A stretch of DNA of 64,000 bases from Bacillales bacterium (GCA_029256085.1 JAQSYP010000003.1:127193-191192), one strand, 5' to 3'. Counted from the stretch's first letter, positions 40,424-49,903 are shown. Notes: generated by a model from the letters alone, not told the origin. A program made the numbers and translations.

Positions 40424-40442
40424 TTTTGAATGGAGTTAACTC

Positions 40443-41681
40443 ATGAGGATTACATTTTTATGTCAACATTTCCCACCAGAGACTGGAGCACCACAAATCC
40501 GTATCTATGAATTAAGCCAAGAGTTGATAAGAAACGGTCATCAAGTAGAAGTGCTAACAGCTTTTCCTCATCATCCAACAGGTATTATTCCAGAAGAATA
40601 TAGAGGAAAGTTCTATCAGTATGAAATTTATGATGGAATTCCTGTTCATAGATCGTGGATTTATCCAAGTGAGAAAGGGAGATTTTGGAAAAGGTTAGCT
40701 TCGTATTTTTCGTTTACTTTCAGTTCTTTTTATTCAATATATAAAAGTAAGAGCACAGACGTGATTATATGCAATTCACCGCCACTTTTCCTAGGTATTA
40801 CTGCGTATATCGGAGCAAAGCTAAAAGGGGCTAAGTTTGTTTTTAATGTTGCTGACTTATGGCCAGAATCTGCTGTAAAACTTGGCATATTAAAAAACAA
40901 ACAATTTATTAAGATGGCTGAAATTCTGGAATTATTTTTATATAAAAAATCATGGAAAATTGCAGCAGCGACTGACGGGATTGCTGATTATGTAACTAAT
41001 CTCGGTAAAAGTAGTAAGGATGTATTTGTTCTTCCAAATGGCGTAAATACTAATCAATTTTGCCCCCTGCCGAAAGATGAAAAGTTAATTTTAGATTTAG
41101 GGCTTCAAGGGAAAAAAATATTTACTTATGCTGGAAATATGGGATATGCACAAGGTCTTGATTCAGTTCTGAGAGCTGCTAAATTAGTACAGGAAAAGAA
41201 TGACAACGTTCATTTTTTATTTGTCGGTAACGGTCCAGAAAAAGAAGGCCTACTAGAACTATCTGAAGAATTAGGATTAAATAACTTCACGTTCTACGGC
41301 TCTGTTCCAGTTGCTGAAATGCCGAGAATGTTTTCAATTTCTGACTATAGTATTGTGCCGTTAAAAGACTTAGAAATCTTTAAGGGTGCTAGACCGTCAA
41401 AGATTTTCCCTGCGTTAGCAACAGGCACCCCGGTATTATATTGCGGAGCTGGCGAAAGCGCTGATATTATCACTGAAAATAACTGTGGTGAAGTAGCGAT
41501 TCCTGAAAATGAACAATCGATAGCTGAGAAGATTTTTTATTTAGCTAATTTAGATGAATCCGACTACGAGACACTATCTAATAATGGTAGACAATTAGTT
41601 TTACAAGAATACTCTTGGTCGAAAATTGCAGCTGACATGCTAAATCATATTGATACACAAAAAGAGAGAATGTTTGGATAA
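40443..41681 (+). CDS. Glycosyltransferase family 4, WbuB-like
   Basis: MRITFLCQHFPPETGAPQIRIYEL, an ADLWPES motif and a GT-B C-terminal half. Confidence 0.8.
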   Translation: MRITFLCQHFPPETGAPQIRIYELSQELIRNGHQVEVLTAFPHHPTGIIPEEYRGKFYQYEIYDGIPVHRSWIYPSEKGRFWKRLASYFSFTFSSFYSIYKSKSTDVIICNSPPLFLGITAYIGAKLKGAKFVFNVADLWPESAVKLGILKNKQFIKMAEILELFLYKKSWKIAAATDGIADYVTNLGKSSKDVFVLPNGVNTNQFCPLPKDEKLILDLGLQGKKIFTYAGNMGYAQGLDSVLRAAKLVQEKNDNVHFLFVGNGPEKEGLLELSEELGLNNFTFYGSVPVAEMPRMFSISDYSIVPLKDLEIFKGARPSKIFPALATGTPVLYCGAGESADIITENNCGEVAIPENEQSIAEKIFYLANLDESDYETLSNNGRQLVLQEYSWSKIAADMLNHIDTQKERMFG

Positions 41682-41695
41682 ACATTCTCTTTTTT
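41665..41695 (+). terminator. Intrinsic terminator closing the second glycan locus
   Basis: 11-bp stem AGAGAATGTTT / AAACATTCTCT, loop GGAT, then a T-run. The stop codon lies within the hairpin. Confidence 0.75.
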
Positions 41696-41715
41696 GGAAA
41701 GTAAAGTATAAATTA

Positions 41716-41839
41716 CACTCGCAAAAACTGCTCACTTTCCGCGGGCACGGCCTCAACTAATTTTTACAAGTTTCACTTGCAAAAATGGATTTTCGGCTCG
41801 TGCTGTTCCCGCTGGAGTCTAGCAGTTTTCAGCTTCGTG
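41716..41839. repeat. GC-rich imperfect inverted-repeat element (REP/MITE-like), non-coding
   Basis: CTGCTCACTTTCCGCGGGCACGGCC (41728-) pairs imperfectly with GGCTCGTGCTGTTCCCGCTGGAGTCTAGCAG (-41825). There is an internal direct repeat CACT(C/T)GCAAAAA at 41716 and 41774. Local GC is far above the surroundings. Confidence 0.4.
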
Positions 41840-41937
41840 CAATATAATCTTTTATCTTTAAGGACTTGGCAAAGCCAAGTTTATTTTATGTTTAATTGAA
41901 AGGACTAGCTTTAATTATATTTTGTGCGGTTATAAAG

Positions 41938-41965
41938 AAACAGTCGACAATTTGGCGACTGTTCA
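41938..41965 (-). terminator. Probable terminator of the minus-strand LCP gene
   Basis: 8-bp stem AACAGTCG / CGACTGTT with a 9-nt loop just downstream of the stop (minus-strand sense), followed by a T-rich stretch. Confidence 0.5.
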
Positions 41966-41973
41966 ATAAATTA

Positions 41974-43026
41974 TTATTGTTGGTTATTAGTATTCGTACT
42001 ACCGTCTGTAGTTTGTTCAGGCTCTGGTGTTGGATTTTTAAATTCTTCAAAAGTAATGGCTTCCTCAGGCTTCTTACGAGAAATGATTCCTTTTAAGTGT
42101 TCAGAAGCTAATTCTAAATTATCTTCATGCAATCTATAGTAATAAATTCCATTAATCCTATCATCGTCACCAGTAAGTAGTACATTATCTATCTTAGTAT
42201 CCTTCATAATTTTGTAAGTATAAAGGAAATCAAGGAATTCAGAAGCCGGGATATTAGTTTGAACGTTTTCTCCTAAACTTTCAATTAAGTCATCAATTTT
42301 AGTAATAGATGTAATTGATGAACTTTTTTTAACTATTTCTTGAATAACTTGTTTTTGACGTTCATTTCTTCCTATATCACCTTTAGGGTCGGCCTTTCTC
42401 ATACGAACATAGGCTAAAGCTTCTCTGCCATCTAAGTGCATTGGCCCCTGATGGTACCTTTTCCAAGTTAGTGTTTCAGTTAACTGTGCCGAAAATGTAA
42501 ATGGCACTTCAACATCGACTCCACCAAGAATATCAACCGTCTTTTTAAATCCATCAAAGTTAGTAGTTATATAATAATCAATTGGAATACCTGTCAGGTT
42601 ATAAACTGTTTCAACCGTTCCATCTAGACCATCATATGAATAGGAGTGGTTAATTTTGTCCTTTATACCTTCACTAGGAATTTCAACTAGAGAATCACGT
42701 GGAATACTTAACATTGCTACTTCTTTTGATTTTGGGTTCGCAGTGATTAAAAGTATTACATCTGATCGACCTTGGCCACCATCTTGATTTTCAATACCAA
42801 GTAGTAACATAGTAAAAGGTTTGTTTTTAATATCAGGTTTGTCGTGATTTTTAGGAACATTTCCTTTTAAGTCTTTAAAAGATTTGTTTGCAGCAGAATT
42901 TAACTCATAGAAAATATATGCAAAATAGCCACCGATACACAGTGCTATAATAGTTAGTGTTGTTAAGATGTTTCTGATTAGTCGTTTACGTCTTTTTTTA
43001 CGTTTTAAAGATCTGTTTTGATCCAT
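41974..43026 (-). CDS. LCP-family (LytR-CpsA-Psr) cell-wall glycopolymer ligase, TagV-position homologue
   Basis: TM anchor, MLLLGIENQDGGQGRSDVILLITANPKSKEVAMLSIPRD and YVRMRKADPKGDIGRNERQ. It lies between tagO and yvyE-degSU as in B. subtilis. Confidence 0.88.
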   Translation of the reverse strand: MDQNRSLKRKKRRKRLIRNILTTLTIIALCIGGYFAYIFYELNSAANKSFKDLKGNVPKNHDKPDIKNKPFTMLLLGIENQDGGQGRSDVILLITANPKSKEVAMLSIPRDSLVEIPSEGIKDKINHSYSYDGLDGTVETVYNLTGIPIDYYITTNFDGFKKTVDILGGVDVEVPFTFSAQLTETLTWKRYHQGPMHLDGREALAYVRMRKADPKGDIGRNERQKQVIQEIVKKSSSITSITKIDDLIESLGENVQTNIPASEFLDFLYTYKIMKDTKIDNVLLTGDDDRINGIYYYRLHEDNLELASEHLKGIISRKKPEEAITFEEFKNPTPEPEQTTDGSTNTNNQQ

Positions 43027-43098
43027 TTGATCGCACCTTTTCGATATACAAATTTAGACTCACCTAAACATTTTACAACTTCTGAGTTAGTTCGACAA

Positions 43099-43746
43099 TT
43101 ATATTTTTACTAAATTCTCGAGAAATTCATATTCTCCAAGGTTTACTATCCCAGAACCGTTTGTTAATTCAGTCAAATGGTCAATAAACTTATCTGTCTC
43201 ACTATCCTTAACGTAGCAATATACATCAACATTTTCGGTATATTCAATATTTTTAATCTGATAGACTGAGTTCCTCAGTTCATTTTCTACCCTACCTAAT
43301 AGAGTGTATTCAATTGATAGTTTTGCAATTCTCATTAAGGTTCTTTCGACAATGCCAACTTCTTGTAAACCTTCAGTCACCGCTTTTCCATAAGCCCGTA
43401 TTAAACCGCCACTACCAAGTTTTATTCCACCGAAGTATCTTGTTACAACGACGACAGTATCTTTTAAACCTTTTTTCTTTAATACTTCTAGCATAGGTAC
43501 ACCAGCTGTACCACTAGGTTCCCCGTCATCATTAGCTTTTTGAATTTGGTCATGCTCGCCAATGAGATATGCAGAGCAGTTGTGTGAAGCGTCCCAATGT
43601 TTCTTTTTAATATCAGCTATAAATTTTTGTGCATCTGCCTCAATTTCAACGCGTTGTATGTAACAAATGAAACGTGATTTCTGTATTATTATCTCATTAT
43701 CTCCATAACCAGAAACTGTAAAATACTTTTGTAACAAAACTTTCAC
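43099..43746 (-). CDS. YigZ/IMPACT-family protein (YvyE-like)
   Basis: IQKSRFICY and DDGEPSGTAGVPMLEVL. It is divergent from degS as in B. subtilis. Confidence 0.85.
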   Translation of the reverse strand: MKVLLQKYFTVSGYGDNEIIIQKSRFICYIQRVEIEADAQKFIADIKKKHWDASHNCSAYLIGEHDQIQKANDDGEPSGTAGVPMLEVLKKKGLKDTVVVVTRYFGGIKLGSGGLIRAYGKAVTEGLQEVGIVERTLMRIAKLSIEYTLLGRVENELRNSVYQIKNIEYTENVDVYCYVKDSETDKFIDHLTELTNGSGIVNLGEYEFLENLVKI

Positions 43747-43926
43747 CTCTAATTTTGTAATGACTCTTAATAGTATTATAAGTTAATTCAAATTTCTATC
43801 AATATAATGATATAATTAAAAATAGTTGAAATATATTTGTAAAAATTTGTAATATTATAGGAAAGTACTAATTTCTTTTTATAAGCTATAATTAAATAAA
43901 AGAACTTATAGACTGAGGGATTAAAT

Positions 43927-45072
43927 ATGCCTGATAAAATGATAAATAATGCACAATTAGATACAATATTGTCGAAAATGATTGGTACCGTTGAAGAAAG
44001 TAAAAATCAAATATTCGATATCAATGAGCAATCACGTCAGTTTTATCAAGACTTAATGAAAGAACTGGAACTTCTAAGAGAAGAGATATCTGAAATAATA
44101 GATACAGAGGAATTGCTACATAAAAAATTAAAGTCTGCTAGGCAGTATTTATCACATGTAAGTTCAAATTTTTATCAATATACAGAAAAACAAATTCAAA
44201 AAGCTTACGAATCAGCAAACACTACTCAAATTGAGCATGTTAAAATACTAGAACGTGAGCAAAATGTACGTCGCAGAAGAGATGATATTGAGAAGAAACT
44301 TACTCTACTTTCAAAAACAATTGAACGTTCTGAATCGTTAATTACGCAAATTTCTGTAGTACTTGACTACTTAGTTTTTGATGTGAAAAGTATGAGCTCA
44401 GAAATTGAAGAATCCAAGCAAAAACAAGAATTTGGACTTAGATTACTAGAGGTTCAAGAGGAAGAACGAAAGCGAATTTCTAGAGAAATCCATGACGGTC
44501 CTGCCCAAATACTAGCCCATGTAACAATGAAGGCAGATATTATTGAGAGGGTAATTCAGGAGAGAACTACTGAAGAAGCAGTTCATGAAGTTAAGCAATT
44601 AAGGAATGATGTTCAGTCTGCATTAGATGAAGTTAGAAGGATTATTTACGATATAAGACCAATGGCACTTGATGATCTAGGATTAATGCCTACACTAAGA
44701 AAGTATATAAATGGTATTTCAGAGAGGCATAATCTTGATATTAATTTTACAGTTATAGGCGAAGAACTGAGAATGTCACCGAAGCTTGAAATTGCAATTT
44801 TCCGAATCGTACAAGAAGCTCTTAATAATATAATTAAACATGCGAGAGCAAAAAATGCCGAAGTTAAAATAGAGATTAGAGATAAAATCCGATTGATTAT
44901 TAAAGATAATGGCGTTGGTTTCAATGTAAACGAAACAAAAAAAGGGTCATTTGGATTAATTGGCATGGAGGAGCGACTAGAGCTATTAGAAGGAACAATA
45001 GAAATAGATTCTGTTATAAATAAAGGAACAACAATATTTGTGCAAGTTCCTATTATAGATGGACTTTCTTAA
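43927..45072 (+). CDS. degS: Two-component sensor histidine kinase DegS
   Basis: Colinear with B. subtilis DegS: [43 protein letters not shown] and [21 protein letters not shown]. Confidence 0.93.
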   Translation: MPDKMINNAQLDTILSKMIGTVEESKNQIFDINEQSRQFYQDLMKELELLREEISEIIDTEELLHKKLKSARQYLSHVSSNFYQYTEKQIQKAYESANTTQIEHVKILEREQNVRRRRDDIEKKLTLLSKTIERSESLITQISVVLDYLVFDVKSMSSEIEESKQKQEFGLRLLEVQEEERKRISREIHDGPAQILAHVTMKADIIERVIQERTTEEAVHEVKQLRNDVQSALDEVRRIIYDIRPMALDDLGLMPTLRKYINGISERHNLDINFTVIGEELRMSPKLEIAIFRIVQEALNNIIKHARAKNAEVKIEIRDKIRLIIKDNGVGFNVNETKKGSFGLIGMEERLELLEGTIEIDSVINKGTTIFVQVPIIDGLS

Positions 45073-45089
45073 TTAAGGGGGAAAACAGT

Positions 45090-45761
45090 GTGAAGACTAG
45101 AATAGTACTTGTAGACGACCATCGACTTTTTAGAGAAGGTACCAGAAAAATACTAGAATTTGATGAAGCATTTGAAGTTGTTGGTGAAGGTGATAACGGA
45201 GAGGTTGCAATTCGATTAGTTGAAGAGCTTCGACCGGACATCTTACTACTTGATATTAATATGCCCGAAATGAATGGTGTAGAGGCAACTCAAATTATAA
45301 ATAAAAGGTTTCCTGAAACAAAAATAATTGTATTATCAATTCACGATGATGAGTCATATGTAATTCATGTTTTGAAGTCTGGTGCAAGTGGTTATCTTCT
45401 GAAGGATATGGACTCCTCGTCTCTAATAGAAGCAATCAAAGTAGTGATGTCAGGTGGTAATTATTTACATCCTAAAGTAACTCATAAAGTTATGAATGAA
45501 CTAAGAAGACTTGCTAATAGCGAAAAAACAAGCATTGAAGTTGAAGTGAATAAACCATATCACTTGTTGACTAGAAGAGAATGTGAAGTTCTACAAATGT
45601 TGGCAGACGGCATGAGTAACCGAACTATCGGTGAAACGTTGTTTATCAGTGAAAAAACAGTGAAAAACCATGTAAGTAATATTTTACAAAAACTTGAAGT
45701 AAACGATAGAACTCAGGCTGTTGTTCTAGCGATTAAAAGTGGCTGGGTAACAGTTAACTAA
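45090..45761 (+). CDS. degU: Two-component response regulator DegU (LuxR/NarL type)
   Basis: [53 protein letters not shown] and [23 protein letters not shown] are near-identical to B. subtilis DegU. GTG start after AAGGGGGA. Confidence 0.95.
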   Translation: MKTRIVLVDDHRLFREGTRKILEFDEAFEVVGEGDNGEVAIRLVEELRPDILLLDINMPEMNGVEATQIINKRFPETKIIVLSIHDDESYVIHVLKSGASGYLLKDMDSSSLIEAIKVVMSGGNYLHPKVTHKVMNELRRLANSEKTSIEVEVNKPYHLLTRRECEVLQMLADGMSNRTIGETLFISEKTVKNHVSNILQKLEVNDRTQAVVLAIKSGWVTVN

Positions 45762-45773
45762 AGGTGGGCTAAA

Positions 45774-46616
45774 GTGAAAATTGCAGTTGTAACTGATAGC
45801 ACTTCATATATAAACCCGGAAGTTAGACGTGATCTTGACATACATATGATCCCGTTAAACGTTATATTTGATAGTGAATCTTTTAAAGAAGAAGTAGAAA
45901 TAAGTTGGCAGGATTTTTATGAAAGAGTAAAAATAGAAGAAGCTTTACCTAAATCATCTCAACCAGCAATTGGTGAATTTATAGAACTTTTTGATAGTTT
46001 AGGAAAAGAGTACGATGCGATAATCTGTATTACTTTATCAAGTGGAATAAGCGGAACTTATCAAACGGCAGTTGCAGCATCTAATATGGTTGAATCTGCT
46101 AAAGTATATGTATTTGATTCAGAAATCAGTTGTGCACCCGAAGCATTTTATGTTTTAGAAGCTGCAAAGATGGCCAAAGAAGGATGCTATGTAGATCAAA
46201 TCCTTGATAGATTACAAGAAATAAAGACAAGTTTGAGAGCCTATTTCATGGTAGACGATCTCCAACATTTACAGCGTGGTGGCCGTTTGTCAGGAGCACA
46301 AGCATTTGTCGGAAGTATATTACAAGTTAAACCAATTCTTCATTTTGAAAATAAGAAAATCGTTCCATTTGAAAAAGTAAGAACTCGTAAAAAAGCGCTT
46401 GCTCATATTTTGGCGATGCTTGATGAGGTTGCCCGTGAAGGAAAACCGATGGAAGTAGTTGTAATTCATGGCAACTGCTTTGCAGAGGCAGGTTTAATCT
46501 GCAACGAAATCTCAAATAAATATCCAAATATATCGACTAACATCAGCTATTTTGGCCCAGTAATCGGAACCCATCTAGGTGAAGGCTCCTTGGGAATAAC
46601 TTGGTACGTAAAATAA
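45774..46616 (+). CDS. DegV-family fatty-acid-binding protein (YviA position)
   Basis: KIAVVTDSTSYI, SSQPAIGEF, LSSGISGTYQ and GRLSGAQAFVGSILQVKPIL. Confidence 0.88.
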   Translation: MKIAVVTDSTSYINPEVRRDLDIHMIPLNVIFDSESFKEEVEISWQDFYERVKIEEALPKSSQPAIGEFIELFDSLGKEYDAIICITLSSGISGTYQTAVAASNMVESAKVYVFDSEISCAPEAFYVLEAAKMAKEGCYVDQILDRLQEIKTSLRAYFMVDDLQHLQRGGRLSGAQAFVGSILQVKPILHFENKKIVPFEKVRTRKKALAHILAMLDEVAREGKPMEVVVIHGNCFAEAGLICNEISNKYPNISTNISYFGPVIGTHLGEGSLGITWYVK

Positions 46617-46645
46617 CCTACTCTTTTGTAGGTTATTTTCTTTTT
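46611..46645 (+). terminator. Intrinsic terminator after the degV-like gene
   Basis: 10-bp stem AAATAACCTA / TAGGTTATTT followed by TCTTTTT. Confidence 0.75.
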
Positions 46646-46691
46646 ATGCACTTTCCATAAGTGAGACACGACAATTTTCGACAAAGCGGTA

Positions 46692-46790
46692 GATAGAAAG
46701 TAAAAAATGCTTGATAGAATTGTAAATTTGATCGATAGAAAGTGAAAAATGCTTGATAGAATTGTAAATTTGCTTGATAGAAAAATTAAT
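46692..46790. repeat. Tandem 42-bp repeat (2.2 copies) giving five GATAGAA motifs at exact 21-bp spacing
   Basis: GATAGAA starts at 46692, 46713, 46734, 46755 and 46776. The units 46692-46733 and 46734-46775 differ at 3 positions. Confidence 0.9.
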
Positions 46791-46843
46791 ATTATAAAAA
46801 TGGACAGATTAGAAGGAATTTTACCGCTTTATGTAGAATTTTG

Positions 46844-47875
46844 ATGGTGTCAAAAAAATTTTTTAAAGGAGTGACAAAATTGTTTGTAAAAAAAGTGGAA
46901 AAACCTCTAAAAATTAGTGGGTTAGAAGCACTTTTGCGGCGTATATCTGCAAATCATCCTTCACGAGAAAAAATTATCGAAGATTTAAGCATGTGTAGGG
47001 CCGGTTTTTATGGTGAACAGTCATTAGAATACTTTTTAAATCAACTTCCTCAAAATGAATTTAGAATTTTTCATAACTTACGCTTCGAAACCCCGACTAT
47101 CTTTCAAATTGATTTCTTTCTTTTAAGTAAAAAATTCATACTCATCCTAGAAGTAAAAAATATGGTTGGTAAATTGGAATTTGATGAAGGGTTCGGCCAA
47201 CTTATTCAAATAAAATCTTCAGGTGAAACAAAGATTTACAATGATCCAGTTTTACAAGCATCAGGCCACAAATTAAACCTCGAAAAAATGCTGCTTTCTA
47301 GTAATCTCAATTTTCCACCGATAACATATCTTGTTGTAATGACTAAGCAAAACTCCCTTATAACTGTTAAATCTCAAAATCAGAATTACATAAAAAAGAT
47401 TATTAGAAGTAATAAATTATTAAATAAAATAACAGAGTTGTCACTCCAACATTCGAAAGAGCTTATTACAGAAAAAGAACTGAAAAAAATCACCAAATTT
47501 CTTCTAAAGTCCAACCAAGAACGCGAACAAAATTTACTAGAAGATTACGGGATTGAACAATCTGATTTAATTATGGGAGTTATTTGTGACCAATGTTCTA
47601 AAACTCCAATGAAAAGAATATGTGGACGTTGGTTATGTCTGAATTGTAAATTTATATCATACGATTCACATCTAAGCACTCTTAATGACTATATATTATT
47701 AATCGAAAATAAAATAACTAATAATTCATTTAGGCGATTAACACGAATCGAATCATCCTATACCTCAAACAGACTACTTAAAAAAATGGGACTAAATTCA
47801 GAGGGTGATAAAAGACATAGAGTCTACCACCTACCTCCAAGAGGTTTTGGAATGGGAGGAGACAAAAATGACTGA
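46844..47875 (+). CDS. NERD (nuclease-related domain) protein with a C-terminal zinc ribbon
   Basis: GFYGEQSLEYFLNQL...FHNLRF...FQIDFFLLSKKFILILEVKNMVGKL is the NERD core. C-terminal CDQC...CGRWLCLNC. The stop overlaps the comFA start. Confidence 0.75.
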   Translation: MVSKKFFKGVTKLFVKKVEKPLKISGLEALLRRISANHPSREKIIEDLSMCRAGFYGEQSLEYFLNQLPQNEFRIFHNLRFETPTIFQIDFFLLSKKFILILEVKNMVGKLEFDEGFGQLIQIKSSGETKIYNDPVLQASGHKLNLEKMLLSSNLNFPPITYLVVMTKQNSLITVKSQNQNYIKKIIRSNKLLNKITELSLQHSKELITEKELKKITKFLLKSNQEREQNLLEDYGIEQSDLIMGVICDQCSKTPMKRICGRWLCLNCKFISYDSHLSTLNDYILLIENKITNNSFRRLTRIESSYTSNRLLKKMGLNSEGDKRHRVYHLPPRGFGMGGDKND

Positions 47876-49190
47876 GCATGAAATTCTAGCGCTGCTTAAC
47901 GGAATAAGACTTCTTGCCGATGAGATTCCATTTGATATACAAGAGATAAACAAATTAGGATTGATAAAGAAAGAGCTGGGTCTGAACAATTACAATTGTT
48001 TGCGATGTGGTAATAATGATAAAAATAAATTCGGCAAACACTTCTGCTTAAGGTGCAATAATATATGCTACTACTGTAAAAATTGTATTATGATGGGCAA
48101 ATTATCATCTTGCAGTGAACTATATTCAGGACCTTCGACTAACACACTTGAACCCACAAACAAAAACTATTTAAACTACGACGGTGAATTTACAGATGAG
48201 CAAAAAACAGCATCGACAAAGGTCATAGAGACTATAAAACAAAAGTCACAACTTCTCATATGGGCAGTTTGTGGCGCAGGTAAAACCGAGATAATTTTTC
48301 CAGGGTTAAATTTCGCATTACAAAAAGGATTAAACATTTGTTTAGCAACTCCGCGTACAGATGTTGTACACGAACTAACCCCTCGATTAAAAAAAGCATT
48401 TCCCGAGATAGAAATCACATCACTTTTTGGTGGAAGTGAGAATAAATATAAAAACTCTCCAATTACCATATCAACAACACATCAACTCCTAAGGTTTTAT
48501 AAAAAATTTGATGTCCTCATATTAGATGAGATCGATGCCTTCCCATATAACTATGACAAATCACTCCAATATGCAGTCAATAATGCTAGAAAAGATGATT
48601 CCACTTTTATAATGCTTTCAGCAACCCCGCCTAACTCTATTAATTACAACCAACAAATTAATAAAGTAATAATCCCGAAAAGATATCATGGAAATCCTTT
48701 GCCTTTACCAAAGTTAGAATGGATTGGAGATTGGGAGAAAAGCTTGCTCACCAAAAATAACGTTCCTAAAAAGTTACAAGATTTTATTGAACATTCAATA
48801 CGAGAGGGCCGAAAACCGATTGTGTTTGTCCCGAACATTCCTATAGGGAGTGTGCTGCAAGACAAAATATCTGAAAGCAAATTTGTTTATTCTTCACATG
48901 AAAACCGAAAGAGGATTGTTGAAGAATTTAAAGAAGGTAAATTAAAATGTCTCATTACTACAACAATTTTAGAAAGAGGCGTGACGATTCCTTTTGTAGA
49001 TGTCGCGGTTTTGGGAGCAGATGACGAAATTTTCAATGAAACGGCTCTAGTTCAAATTGCTGGGAGAGTCGGTAGGAAGAAAGAGGATACATCTGGTCGT
49101 GTGATTTTTTTTCATAATGGAAAAACAAATGAGATTCTCAAATCTATAAAGCATATTAAAAAGATAAACAGATTAGGAGGGTTCGAATGA
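47868..49190 (+). CDS. comFA: Competence DNA-uptake ATPase/helicase ComFA
   Basis: N-terminal Cys cluster CLRCGN...CLRCNNICYYCKNC, Walker A AVCGAGKTE, LILDEIDAF, SATPP and QIAGRVGRK. ATG at 47868 follows GGGAGGAG. Confidence 0.88.
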   Translation: MTEHEILALLNGIRLLADEIPFDIQEINKLGLIKKELGLNNYNCLRCGNNDKNKFGKHFCLRCNNICYYCKNCIMMGKLSSCSELYSGPSTNTLEPTNKNYLNYDGEFTDEQKTASTKVIETIKQKSQLLIWAVCGAGKTEIIFPGLNFALQKGLNICLATPRTDVVHELTPRLKKAFPEIEITSLFGGSENKYKNSPITISTTHQLLRFYKKFDVLILDEIDAFPYNYDKSLQYAVNNARKDDSTFIMLSATPPNSINYNQQINKVIIPKRYHGNPLPLPKLEWIGDWEKSLLTKNNVPKKLQDFIEHSIREGRKPIVFVPNIPIGSVLQDKISESKFVYSSHENRKRIVEEFKEGKLKCLITTTILERGVTIPFVDVAVLGADDEIFNETALVQIAGRVGRKKEDTSGRVIFFHNGKTNEILKSIKHIKKINRLGGFE

Positions 49191-49888
49191 TATGTTTGTA
49201 TTGTTTGAAAAATTATAATATGGAAGTAACGTGGACGACTATCTTCAAACCTGGGAGAAAGGGTTTATGTTCAGAGTGCTGTTCTAATTTGGAACCAATA
49301 CGAGAAGAAACATGTGAAAAATGTGGGCGAGAATACGATGAACAGTGGTTTGATAATAAACATATATGTACCGATTGCGTAGCTTGGGAAAATCATCCTA
49401 ATTATAAAGAAGTGAAAATAAAAAATACGTCAATCTATAAGTACAATAATTTTGCAAAAGAATTTGTTGCTAAGTGGAAATATAGGGGAGATTATGAGCT
49501 GATTTATGCCTTCTCTGACGAAATAAAGAAAACATATAAATCAAAATATAAAAAAGTTGATTACATAATTACGATTCCACTTTCTACAGAAAGAAGTTAC
49601 GAAAGAGGATTCAATCAATCAGAGGCGATTGCAAAAATAATGGATCAAAAAAAGACCTTAAAAGTACTTAAAAAAAATGAAACTAATAAACAGAGCAAAA
49701 AGAAAAAATTAGAAAGAATTCACAGCGAAAATCCCTTTATTATGACCGGAGTAAAGAGTACAATTGATAAGAAAGTCCTAATAGTTGATGATATTTATAC
49801 AACAGGTACAACAATGTATCAAATTTCAAAGATACTTTATGAAGCAGGTGCTTCCGAAATCAGTACTTTTGCACTATTTAGGGGATAA
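49187..49888 (+). CDS. comFC: ComF-family protein ComFC (N-terminal zinc finger plus phosphoribosyltransferase-like domain)
   Basis: CLYC...CSEC...CEKCG and the PRTase motif VLIVDDIYTTGTT. ATG overlaps the comFA stop (ATGA). Confidence 0.85.
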   Translation: MICLYCLKNYNMEVTWTTIFKPGRKGLCSECCSNLEPIREETCEKCGREYDEQWFDNKHICTDCVAWENHPNYKEVKIKNTSIYKYNNFAKEFVAKWKYRGDYELIYAFSDEIKKTYKSKYKKVDYIITIPLSTERSYERGFNQSEAIAKIMDQKKTLKVLKKNETNKQSKKKKLERIHSENPFIMTGVKSTIDKKVLIVDDIYTTGTTMYQISKILYEAGASEISTFALFRG

Positions 49889-49903
49889 AATTGTATTTTT
49901 ATA

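Noticed and set aside
41896-42096. 66-aa plus-strand ORF
   Set aside because: It overlaps the 3' end and terminator of the well-supported minus-strand LCP gene, and it has no RBS.
46692-46790. Possible CRISPR array, because of the regular direct repeats
   Set aside because: The repeats are contiguous (a 42-bp tandem unit with a 21-bp sub-period) and have no unique spacers between them. There are only 2.2 copies and no cas genes.
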